Positions 36,986-46,379 of a DNA stretch of 64,000 nucleotides are shown here, one piece after another. Source of the DNA: an uncultured Gammaproteobacteria bacterium (GTDB taxonomy: Bacteria; Patescibacteriota; Patescibacteriia; Magasanikbacterales; GWA2-37-8). The stretch spans positions 978 to 64,977 of the forward strand of contig CAZWKA010000008.1 of the NCBI GenBank assembly GCA_964634875.1, written 5' to 3'. Every line of letters begins with the position of its first letter. Position 1 is the stretch's first letter. The position numbers were made by a program, and so were the translations under genes. The notes below the pieces were generated by a model, which was not told where the DNA came from, ran no database searches, and saw only the letters and a list, made by a program, of their open reading frames with translations.

Positions 36986-38227
36986 CTAATCCAAAAATGA
37001 AGTGACAACAAGCGCCAACGACAACACCACCAAAGCCCCGATCGTAATCCAGGCAATGGCGTTTCCGATTGGTTTATTCGTATACTCCCCCATCACCCGC
37101 TTATTATTGACGATCTTCATCACAAAAATAAGGATAAACGGCAAAAGTATACCGTTCACATCTTGTGAAATAATCATCATTTTAACCAATGAAACGCCGG
37201 GTATAAGCACAACCAAGCTTGGTACCACGATCATGAGGAGAATAATGCTATAAAAAACTTTGCCTGTTTTCCAGGTTGTATCAAAACCAGCTTCCCAACC
37301 AAACGCTTCGCAGAGGGCATAGGCTGTAGCAACCGGCAAAATAAAAGCACCCAACATTGAGGCAGCGAAAAGCCCGGCCGCGAACAAAAGTTCAGCGAGA
37401 TCCCCAGCCAGCGGACGGAGTGCTTCGGCTGCTTCGCGCGCATCAGTAACGTGGATACCAAATTTATACAAAGTTGCCGCAGTACTCACAATGATAAAAA
37501 AACTCACGATGTTCGTTAGAACCGCACCAAAATAAACCTCCTTTTTTGCTGTCTTATAATGCTTAATATCAATACCCTTATCCACCACATACGATTGGAT
37601 AAAAAACTGACCCCACGGAGTAATAGTCGTGCCGATAAGCGCGATTACGGTCACCAAATATCGTGGATTCCACTCGAGCGAGGGCCGGATCATCGCCTGG
37701 AAAGCTGCGTGAAAATCAGGGCCGATAATAAGGCCATTAACGATATATACGACATACAACAACGAAAAAATGAGAAACAATTTCTGCGTCGTCTTAAAAG
37801 ACCCTTTATACAAAACTATCCAGACGACCAGAGCAACCAATGGTACAACGATGTATTTACTGATACCGAATAGCGAAAAAGCTGCTGCCACACCGGCGAA
37901 TTCCGCCGTCGTGGTGCCAATATTAGCAATCAGCATTGCTACCATCGCAAACACCGTCAGTTTGACGCCAAAATTCTCCCGGATGACGCCGCCGAGTCCT
38001 TGGCGGGTTACGAGGCCAATACGCGCACCCATCTCCTGCGTAATTGCCAAAGCAAACGTTAAAAGAAACAATACCCAGAGCATCTTAAAACCAAACTCCG
38101 CACCAACTACGGAGTAGGTCGTGATACCGCCCGCATCATTGTCAGCGTTCGCAGCGATAATTCCGGGGCCAATGATCGAACCGACCACCGCCAGTCTTCG
38201 ACCAATTTGTTTTATTTTTTTAAACAT
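36986..38227 (-). CDS. NRAMP-superfamily divalent cation transporter, NRMT (Mg2+)-type
   Basis: DNDAGGI (instead of DPGN) and GTTITPWG (instead of MPH) motifs; about 11 TM helices. Confidence 0.85.
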   Translation of the reverse strand: MFKKIKQIGRRLAVVGSIIGPGIIAANADNDAGGITTYSVVGAEFGFKMLWVLFLLTFALAITQEMGARIGLVTRQGLGGVIRENFGVKLTVFAMVAMLIANIGTTTAEFAGVAAAFSLFGISKYIVVPLVALVVWIVLYKGSFKTTQKLFLIFSLLYVVYIVNGLIIGPDFHAAFQAMIRPSLEWNPRYLVTVIALIGTTITPWGQFFIQSYVVDKGIDIKHYKTAKKEVYFGAVLTNIVSFFIIVSTAATLYKFGIHVTDAREAAEALRPLAGDLAELLFAAGLFAASMLGAFILPVATAYALCEAFGWEAGFDTTWKTGKVFYSIILLMIVVPSLVVLIPGVSLVKMMIISQDVNGILLPFILIFVMKIVNNKRVMGEYTNKPIGNAIAWITIGALVVLSLALVVTSFLD

Positions 38228-38238
38228 ACCTTTCCTGG

Positions 38239-39447
38239 TTAGGCCTTCGGCGCGATCTGGCGCATAACATCATCAATTGAAACTACGCCGATCAACTTAC
38301 CGCGTTTATCGAGTACTGCAGCAAAATATAAGTCATATTTGGTCATTATCGTAATCACGTGGTTGATCTTATCCCCCAGTTGCAGGGTCTGGGCTGAAAA
38401 GCTTTCTACCAAATCGCTCATTTTACTATTTTGCTCTGCAACCAACAGCCGCCTCAACGAAAGCGCGCCTTTAAAAAAACCTTCCTTATCGACCACGTAT
38501 ACATATAAAATGGAACGTAGCAGCGGCGATAAACGACGCACTTCTCCCAGCGCTTCCTCTACAGTTGATTCACTACTGACTGAAACGAATTCCGTTGTCA
38601 TAAGACCTCCTGCCGTGTCGTCATCATACTCAATAAGATTTTCGATCTTTTTCAGTTTTACATTTTTCAGTTGTGACAAAAACACCCGCGCGTCATCTTT
38701 CGGCAAAATCTTTAACAGGTCAACTACCTCATCAACCGACATTTGACTGATAATCCTGACTGCCTCTTCCCGGTTAAGTCGCTGCACCAATGCTTTTTGC
38801 AACTCGGGCTCGATTTCTTCCATAACTTTCGCCGCCGTTGCCTCATCTAGCGACTCGACCAGCGTACTCCCTTGTTTAAGACTGAGGTCTTCAATGATAT
38901 TAGCTAAGTCGGCCGGATGCAAACGGGTTAGAGCGCTTGAAACCGTACTCAGCTTTACCGCACCTTTGACCAATTGGGTTTTACGCCAATCAATCAAATT
39001 AACTTTAAACCAGTCAGGCAAGTCGAGCCAGGCCAAACCAAGACGGCGTAGCAACCCTTTAAAACTGATATCAATACCTAAAACCGACATTTGCCCTTCG
39101 AATAAACCAACTCGCAAATCGTTTACGCGAACAACACGAGCACCTTCTACATCAACAATTTGCTGATCAAGCACATCCCGGGATAAGTATACCCAATCAT
39201 CTTTTGGCTCAGCCGGAGCAATCTTGGCTGCCAAGCTTTTAAGGTCAATCTGGCTGCGGCTCATGCTCTCAACATGGCTATAGGGAATAAAACAACAATC
39301 CTTGCGCCCGGATTGGCTAACTGCTAAAAATAAAAGCGGCGCATACGCCCCGGTTGCCGGCTTTACTACTATATCAACCAATTTTCCGACCACAACGTCC
39401 GCACTATCTTCAATTTTTTTTCCGATTATTTGGCTAAGATAGGCCAT
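38239..39447 (-). CDS. Soluble PRC-barrel + MgtE N-terminal + tandem CBS domain protein
   Basis: DVLDQQIVDVEGARVVRVND, LHPADLANII, YDDDTAGGLMTTE; no TM domain. Confidence 0.85.
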   Translation of the reverse strand: MAYLSQIIGKKIEDSADVVVGKLVDIVVKPATGAYAPLLFLAVSQSGRKDCCFIPYSHVESMSRSQIDLKSLAAKIAPAEPKDDWVYLSRDVLDQQIVDVEGARVVRVNDLRVGLFEGQMSVLGIDISFKGLLRRLGLAWLDLPDWFKVNLIDWRKTQLVKGAVKLSTVSSALTRLHPADLANIIEDLSLKQGSTLVESLDEATAAKVMEEIEPELQKALVQRLNREEAVRIISQMSVDEVVDLLKILPKDDARVFLSQLKNVKLKKIENLIEYDDDTAGGLMTTEFVSVSSESTVEEALGEVRRLSPLLRSILYVYVVDKEGFFKGALSLRRLLVAEQNSKMSDLVESFSAQTLQLGDKINHVITIMTKYDLYFAAVLDKRGKLIGVVSIDDVMRQIAPKA

Positions 39448-39557
39448 AAGAAGAGATTAGATGGCTCTAGTATACCCTTCTTAACTAAAAAAATCAATGA
39501 GGGTGAGTCTAGGCAAAAAAAACCGAGAAGGTATAATAAGATCATTCAATCATCAGT

Positions 39558-40703
39558 ATGCACATCGGCATCGACGCACGCCTCTACGGCCCCGAACAAG
39601 GAGGGCTGGGGCGCTATATCGAACAACTCATCCTTCACCTTGAACAAATCCCTACTACTGACACCTTCAGCATTTTTTTACGTTCAGAAAACTGGGAAGC
39701 CTACCAACCAAAAAACAAAAACTTCCGCAAAGTTATGGCCGATATTCCCTGGTATGGCTGGAAGGAACAAGTACTCCTCCCCAAAATTTTTGAGCGTGAG
39801 CACGTTGACATCATGCACTTTCCCCATTGGAATATACCACTTTACTATAACCAGCCTTTTGTAGTTACTATCCACGACCTACTTTTACTGCATTTTCCAA
39901 CTCGTGCGGCCAGCACCCTGGGGCCTGTCACCTATTGGTTCAAGCAGTATATGTACAAAAAAGTACTCCGCCACGCTGCCCAGCACGCGGAGCATATTCT
40001 TGCGACGAGTGAATTTACCAAGCAAGACATCCATCACACTCTCGATATTGCTCTTAAAAAAATAACCGTCACCTACCAAGCAGCTTTTCTAAAAAAAGAA
40101 AAAGGGTCTGCGGCCTTACAAACCACACCTGTCAAATGGCTCGAACGCCTGGGAATCACCAAACCCTATCTGCTCTATGTTGGAGTTGCCTATCCGCACA
40201 AAAATCTAGATGGCCTACTTACAGCCTGGGAAATTTTCTGCGCGAAGTATGGCAACAACTACCAGCTTGTCCTCGCCGGAAAACATAATTATTTTTATAA
40301 AAAGCTACTAGCAAACCAACGCGCGAGCAAAAACGAAAACAAACCCATCTTTACTGGTTTTGTGTCGGACACAGAACTTGAAACATTGTACAAAGGAGCC
40401 GCGCTGTATGTCTTCCCGAGTTTTTATGAAGGCTTCGGCCTGCCACCATTAGAGGCTATGAGCTACAACCTACCAATCGCAGCCTCAAACGCCTCGTGTT
40501 TGCCCGAAATTCTAGGGGAAGCGGCCGTCTATTTTGACCCACATCAACCGACCGAAATGGCTGCCGTGTTCTTTAAAACACTTACTGACCAAGCCATGCG
40601 CCACGCCCTCATCGCCGCTGGACAAAAACGGTATCCACGTTTCTCGTGGAAAAAACTGGCGGAAAAAACTGCTGAAACGTACCGCGCTAGCCTGGATACA
40701 TAA
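39558..40703 (+). CDS. GT4 glycosyltransferase
   Basis: IGIDAR, GLGRY, TIHDL, YPHKN, EGFGLPPLEAM. Confidence 0.9.
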   Translation: MHIGIDARLYGPEQGGLGRYIEQLILHLEQIPTTDTFSIFLRSENWEAYQPKNKNFRKVMADIPWYGWKEQVLLPKIFEREHVDIMHFPHWNIPLYYNQPFVVTIHDLLLLHFPTRAASTLGPVTYWFKQYMYKKVLRHAAQHAEHILATSEFTKQDIHHTLDIALKKITVTYQAAFLKKEKGSAALQTTPVKWLERLGITKPYLLYVGVAYPHKNLDGLLTAWEIFCAKYGNNYQLVLAGKHNYFYKKLLANQRASKNENKPIFTGFVSDTELETLYKGAALYVFPSFYEGFGLPPLEAMSYNLPIAASNASCLPEILGEAAVYFDPHQPTEMAAVFFKTLTDQAMRHALIAAGQKRYPRFSWKKLAEKTAETYRASLDT

Positions 40704-40808
40704 GGTGCTCATGCGCCTTACACGAAGGAGGTGGATAAATAAGATATTTTGGCTAGGGAAAGACTTGAAAATAGTGTATACTACTATCTAGTCTGTGCTT
40801 GTCCAGGT

Positions 40809-43445
40809 ATGCCAAAAAAAATCAGCCGACCCCAATTGCGCCGTTGTGGTTTTTGCACTAAGGTCGGACACAATAAATCTACTTGCCCACTCTTAAGGAG
40901 TAAGCAAAAAAACCAACCCGCCAACAATCCATCGCAGGTTAATTTTTTTGTTCACCATGTTACAACAGCACCCCCGGCTTCACCACATATTGTTAACCTC
41001 AAAAAACATCTCTCACCACTCTGGGAGGGAATAGAAGCCGCTTCCCCAAAAAAATCTATTAATCCCACGTACCACTTTTATCATCAACAAAAAAGAGGCT
41101 TCCAGGCACCACCTCCTTCACGCGCTGAAATAGTTGCCGTAGAGGCAGTTGCTTCACGAGCAAACCGTATCCTCGAGCAGCCAGAACCCTACGCCATGGT
41201 ACTGCCCTATCACAAAACCCCAACCCTTTCTTCACTTCCACCAAACACCGAAGCATCTCGTGCTATCTTGGCAAAACAAGATCGCCTCAGTCTCCGTCAA
41301 AAATTGAACAATTTACAATTAAAACGTCCCAAAATAAACATAGCGGATTGGCGTTTGCGCCATGCAGAAAGAGTATCCGACGTGACTATGCGTCTCGAGA
41401 ATATCGCCCAATCTATTGGAGAGAGTTTCCGCCTGCTCATAGCAGAGGGGCCGAAAAAACGAAGTATTGCGATCGCCCTTCTTATCATTACTGTTATAGG
41501 CATACTCCCATTACCTGCCCGTAGCTACTATGTTGAATTACAAAAAAACAAGCTAGCAGTTGTCGAAAATAGCACTGCTGGTTTTAAGGCGCTCGAAGAC
41601 TCAACACATCAATTACTAGCTGCCGAACTCGAAGGCGCCGAAGACTCAACACATCTGGCTCTTTCCCATTTTGATAACGCCCTGACGACGCTCGAAAAAT
41701 ACAGTTGGCTAGAAACAATTGTGGGCAGCATTCCTATTGTTAAAGACCAGCTGAAAAGCCGTGAAAGGCTCCTTCTTGCCGGGCAGCAAATTGCAGTCGG
41801 CAATAGCTACCTGCTCGCCAGCGCCACACGTGTTACGTCTGCCAGCACCACCCCCCTCATGAAAACCAACCAACTACTTTCTGCCCTTGTCCCGGCTCTC
41901 CCCAATTACCAAAAAGCTCTCGTAAACTTGAACGACGTAAACCCAGACGTGCTCCCGGAGCAATATCGGACTTCATTTGAAAAATTCCGCACCCTTTTTG
42001 AGGCCACCGTTACCGACCTTGAAAGCATTGCCGCCATGACAACACCGATCAACGAAATTTTTGGCGGCAAAGGCTTGCGACGCTACCTAATCGCTTTTCA
42101 AAACCCCAGCGAACTTAGACCAACCGGGGGGTTTATCGGCAGTTTTGCTATCCTGGAAGTAAAAGATGGCGCCATTACTCAATTTGATATCCCGCCGGGC
42201 GGCAGCTACGATCTCCAGGGGCAGCTTGACCAATTTATTGAACCTCCGGTGCCCCTCCTCCTCACCAATAAACGCTGGGAATTCCAGGATGCGAATTGGT
42301 TTCCAGACTTTCCGGCGAGCAGTGAAAAATTACTTTGGTTTTATCGCCACAGCCGGGGGGTCACTCTTGATGGGGTTATTGCGGTCAACGCCACGGTGCT
42401 TGAACGACTGCTTGCCCTCACCGGACCCATTACCGACGAAAAACGCGGCCTTACACTTACCGCAGAAGCAGCACTTCCTACTATTCAAGAAATAGTTGAG
42501 GAAGGACCTGAAAAAAAGATCAATAAGCCCAAACAAATCCTTGGTGATATTGCACCCACCCTCCTCAAGCGATTGACCACAGTTGATGCCGCCAGTCTCG
42601 TACCACTCCTTAAAAATATCGAGGAAGCGCTTGGTCAAAAAGAAATCCAAGCTTACTTTACTGATCAAGCAACCCAAAATACTATTACATCTTTTGGTTG
42701 GAGCGGCAAAATTACCGAAACGCTGCCAGGACAAGATTATCTCCTCGTCGTTAACACCAATATCCAAGGCCAGAAAAGTGACGCGAATATCAAGCAGGCT
42801 ATCGACCATGAGGCGGTCGTCAATGACGATGGTACAGTGACCAATACTGTTACTATTACCCGCACGCACCAAGGTTCAGCCGACGAAAAATTATACGGCG
42901 CAACAAACATTGACTACTTGCGCGTCTATGTCCCCGCCGGGAGCACGCTCTTGGCCGCCTCTGGTTTTGCCTGGCCCGATGATACGAGTTTCCGCGCCCC
43001 CGAAAGCTGGTACAAAAAAGATTCTTTTTTAAGCGAACAGGAAAAACTAATCACCATCGATGCAGCCTCAGGAACCCACATAGTGAGCGAGTTTGGCAAA
43101 ACTTCCTTTGGCAATTGGCTCATCACCCCACCCGGCCAAACGAGTCAAGTCCAATTTTCCTATCGATTACCTTTCACGATTCTTAATGAGAACCGCGAAG
43201 ATGAGGAGAATTTCTTTACCCGCCTGTTGACACCCCCTCGCACTGTTGCTGACTACCAGCTTGTTGTCCAACGCCAGTCAGGTTCCCCCAGCTCTTTTGG
43301 AAGTAAAATTATTTTCCCGACCGGCTGGAAGCCCCTCTGGAAAAACGGTAACCAAATTTCTTTAGCAAAAAATGGCGCGGAAATTATAGTTGAAAGCCTT
43401 GACCGCGACACAATCTGGGCTTTTGCGATGGAAAAAAATAATTGA
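40809..43445 (+). CDS. DUF4012-domain membrane protein with N-terminal CCHC zinc knuckle
   Basis: YLIAFQNPSELRPTGGFIGS, DANWFPDFP, NIQGQKSD, YLRVYVP; CGFCTKVGHNKSTC at the N-terminus. Confidence 0.85.
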   Translation: MPKKISRPQLRRCGFCTKVGHNKSTCPLLRSKQKNQPANNPSQVNFFVHHVTTAPPASPHIVNLKKHLSPLWEGIEAASPKKSINPTYHFYHQQKRGFQAPPPSRAEIVAVEAVASRANRILEQPEPYAMVLPYHKTPTLSSLPPNTEASRAILAKQDRLSLRQKLNNLQLKRPKINIADWRLRHAERVSDVTMRLENIAQSIGESFRLLIAEGPKKRSIAIALLIITVIGILPLPARSYYVELQKNKLAVVENSTAGFKALEDSTHQLLAAELEGAEDSTHLALSHFDNALTTLEKYSWLETIVGSIPIVKDQLKSRERLLLAGQQIAVGNSYLLASATRVTSASTTPLMKTNQLLSALVPALPNYQKALVNLNDVNPDVLPEQYRTSFEKFRTLFEATVTDLESIAAMTTPINEIFGGKGLRRYLIAFQNPSELRPTGGFIGSFAILEVKDGAITQFDIPPGGSYDLQGQLDQFIEPPVPLLLTNKRWEFQDANWFPDFPASSEKLLWFYRHSRGVTLDGVIAVNATVLERLLALTGPITDEKRGLTLTAEAALPTIQEIVEEGPEKKINKPKQILGDIAPTLLKRLTTVDAASLVPLLKNIEEALGQKEIQAYFTDQATQNTITSFGWSGKITETLPGQDYLLVVNTNIQGQKSDANIKQAIDHEAVVNDDGTVTNTVTITRTHQGSADEKLYGATNIDYLRVYVPAGSTLLAASGFAWPDDTSFRAPESWYKKDSFLSEQEKLITIDAASGTHIVSEFGKTSFGNWLITPPGQTSQVQFSYRLPFTILNENREDEENFFTRLLTPPRTVADYQLVVQRQSGSPSSFGSKIIFPTGWKPLWKNGNQISLAKNGAEIIVESLDRDTIWAFAMEKNN

Positions 43446-43505
43446 ACCCGGCTTTATTTGTGAGCCACCTCCCTAGAAAGCTTTTGTCTTTATTTGCCAC
43501 TCTCT

Positions 43506-45410
43506 ATGCCTGAAGAAACAACCACTCTTTTTCCAAACGCCGAAGCTGCGCCTCGAAAAAAACCTCAATTACGTACCAAAAAAATTACTTCCCGACCTAC
43601 TGTGCGCAAAAAAACCATGCCAACTGCCAACGAACAGAGGATTGACGATGGCCTTGCTTCTATCTACCAAAACGAACAAGGTCGCATGCCGGACATGAGA
43701 AAAATTGATATTAAAAAAAGACATCCAGTACTTGGTTTTATCGTAGCCCTGCTCATCATTGCCTCACTTATGGCTTTTGTAGCCTGGATCGGTTTTTTTG
43801 TCCTACCTTCCAAAGACGCCTTTTCCGAAGACCAGGTCAGCCTCACGGTCGAAGGCCCAAAAAACGTTATGGTAGGCGCAACCACAACATACACTATTGC
43901 CTACCGCAACAACCAAGATACAGCGATCGATAACGCCACCCTCAGTCTCTGGTACCCCGCTGGTTTTGTTTTTGTCACCAGCTCCTTCCCCCTCAAAAAT
44001 GCTAGCCATAACGAGGCCGCCCTCGGCACCCTTGCTCCAGAGGCAGGCGGCGAGATTACCATTACCGGTATCACCTACGGCAGTCTAAACCAGTCAGGCT
44101 CACTCCGATTGTCACTTAAATACGAGCCCCAAAACATCTCCTCAGCGCTTCAAAAGACTGCTGACCTTGTCACCACAGTTACTGAGTCACCACTTACCGT
44201 AACCATCCAGGCACCTGAAAAAATAAGTGCCGGCAGCCAGACTGAAATTACTTTTTTGGTTAAAAATATTGGTAGTGGCACACTTCCTGAACTCCGCCTT
44301 GCTCCGATCGTGCCCCCCAACTTCGCCCCCGCTTCCTCGACCCCACTCCTTACCAAAGACCAACAGTGGGTTATTAAAAATAACAGTACTTCTACAGCCA
44401 GCTTCAAAACGCTCTCTTTTGTCTTGCGCGGTTCGTTTAGCGACGAAGGAGCAGCAGAGTTGCCCATTAAAGCTGAACTATACATCCTCGCACCTGGCGT
44501 CAACCAAGTCTACAAAATCGCCGAAACTGGAGTCCAGAGTAACCTGGTCAAAACCGGGGCGCTCGTCAGCGTGGCCGTTAATGGCAATCTAGAAACGCAA
44601 AATGTCCAACCCGGAAACACCCTTAACTATACCGTAAACATAAAAAACACAAGTGCCAATGAAATCAAGGACGCCAGCGTCCTCTTGGCCATAGACGGAC
44701 CGTCATATAAAAACCAAAGCATCCTCAAATGGGCCGCTATCAAAGATCCTCATGACGGAGACATAAAAGGTGAACAGATCAGTACTTCGATTCGTCATGG
44801 TCAAATTAGTTGGAATAAAAAAAATATTCCTGCCCTAGCCTCGCTCAAACCGGGACAAGAACTCAATATCGACATCGAGCTACCTATTAAAACCAAAGAC
44901 GATGTTGAGTTACAAAATTTTAGCGAAGCAAAAATCACTAATTTAGCAACACTCAACTACACCGACGTTGGAGGAACTAACAAAAACGCCTCAGCGGCCG
45001 CACTGATCCTTCTCGTCAATTCCGACCTAAGCATTGAAACAAGAGACACCGTCACCAGCGAAGGCGGTCAGGAAAAACATGCTATTACCTGGCTTCTGAA
45101 CAACACATTCCATCCCCTCAAAAATATGACGCTCACAGCAAACGTTTTTGGTGATATTGGCGAAATCGACACTTCAGCTGTTCCAGCTGGCACCGCTACC
45201 TTTGATCAAACTGCCAAAAAACTTACTTGGACTATTCCCGAAATGCCTGAATCAGTAGACGTGTTGGCTTGGCCATTTACCGTCACTCTTCTGAAAAAAA
45301 ACCCAACGCAAAATACGTTGGTCTCAAAAGTTACACTAACTGCCGAAGATACCGTTACCGGACAAATCATTTCCCTGACTGGCAACGAAATTACTCTTAC
45401 CACCGAATAA
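43506..45410 (+). CDS. Membrane-anchored surface protein with Ig-like (DUF11-like) repeats
   Basis: One TM helix then repeated beta-sandwich patterns (YTIAYRN, LNYTVNIKN, LTWTI). Confidence 0.7.
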   Translation: MPEETTTLFPNAEAAPRKKPQLRTKKITSRPTVRKKTMPTANEQRIDDGLASIYQNEQGRMPDMRKIDIKKRHPVLGFIVALLIIASLMAFVAWIGFFVLPSKDAFSEDQVSLTVEGPKNVMVGATTTYTIAYRNNQDTAIDNATLSLWYPAGFVFVTSSFPLKNASHNEAALGTLAPEAGGEITITGITYGSLNQSGSLRLSLKYEPQNISSALQKTADLVTTVTESPLTVTIQAPEKISAGSQTEITFLVKNIGSGTLPELRLAPIVPPNFAPASSTPLLTKDQQWVIKNNSTSTASFKTLSFVLRGSFSDEGAAELPIKAELYILAPGVNQVYKIAETGVQSNLVKTGALVSVAVNGNLETQNVQPGNTLNYTVNIKNTSANEIKDASVLLAIDGPSYKNQSILKWAAIKDPHDGDIKGEQISTSIRHGQISWNKKNIPALASLKPGQELNIDIELPIKTKDDVELQNFSEAKITNLATLNYTDVGGTNKNASAAALILLVNSDLSIETRDTVTSEGGQEKHAITWLLNNTFHPLKNMTLTANVFGDIGEIDTSAVPAGTATFDQTAKKLTWTIPEMPESVDVLAWPFTVTLLKKNPTQNTLVSKVTLTAEDTVTGQIISLTGNEITLTTE

Positions 45411-45412
45411 GC

Positions 45413-46354
45413 TTAGGTCGCCAAAAAAGCCTTGATGAGCCGCTCGGCCTCCTCAAGATCATGCGCGTCAAGCCACGTAATCCGTTCATCGCGTTTAAAC
45501 CAGGTTAATTGTCGTTTTGCATAGCGCCGTGTCGCGCCCTGTATTTTTTCGCGTGCTTCAGCCAGCGTTAATTCACCCTGAAGGTAATGGTCAATCTCCT
45601 TATACCCAATCCCCTTCATGCTCGGAAGCTTCCATTGGTAACGCTGCCGTAGTAAATCTTTTGTTTCTTCGATCATCCCTTCTCTAAACTGAGTTTCAAT
45701 GCGTTCATTGATACGCGTATGAAGTTCAGAAAGTGTGCGCCGGATACCCAGTTGAAGAACATTAAACAGGGGCTCGGCTTTTTGCTGCTGATCAGCAAAC
45801 GAACTCCCTGTTAAAATAGCAACCTCGAGTGCCCGGACAACCCGCTGGGGATTCTTAAGGTCAACCTTAGCCGCTGATTTTGCATCAATATTGCGCAGGA
45901 GTTCAACTAGCTCTGGCAAACTTTTGCCTTCTAGCCCATCGCGAAGTTTTTTATTCGGGGCGACAGGAGGCAACGTCAGATTGTCAATAAGTGACCACAA
46001 ATAGAGGCCTGTTCCTCCGACTACAAAAGGAACTTTTCCCCGCTGAAAAATATGCCTAATAGCACTGACAGCCGACTCTTTAAATTGTGCCAAGGTAAAC
46101 TCCTCACCCGGGTCTACCAAATCCATTAAATAATGTGCCACACCACCTACCACGTAGGCTGCAGTGCCTTCTGTCTCGCGCCATATACCCTTAGGCTTTC
46201 CCGTCGCAATAGTCATTTTTTTATAGACCTGACGTGAGTCAGCCGAAATAATCTCCCCATTAAATTTTTTGGCAAGCTTAATACCAAAATCGGTTTTACC
46301 GGAAGCAGTGGGGCCCGCCAGGACAATAATTTTAGGTAATTTTTCTTCAACCAT
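45413..46354 (-). CDS. miaA: tRNA dimethylallyltransferase
   Basis: GPTASGKT, SADSRQVY, VGGTGLY, TRRYAKRQLTWF. Confidence 0.96.
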   Translation of the reverse strand: MVEEKLPKIIVLAGPTASGKTDFGIKLAKKFNGEIISADSRQVYKKMTIATGKPKGIWRETEGTAAYVVGGVAHYLMDLVDPGEEFTLAQFKESAVSAIRHIFQRGKVPFVVGGTGLYLWSLIDNLTLPPVAPNKKLRDGLEGKSLPELVELLRNIDAKSAAKVDLKNPQRVVRALEVAILTGSSFADQQQKAEPLFNVLQLGIRRTLSELHTRINERIETQFREGMIEETKDLLRQRYQWKLPSMKGIGYKEIDHYLQGELTLAEAREKIQGATRRYAKRQLTWFKRDERITWLDAHDLEEAERLIKAFLAT

Positions 46355-46379
46355 AAAAAATTAGGTTGACCTCATTAAA

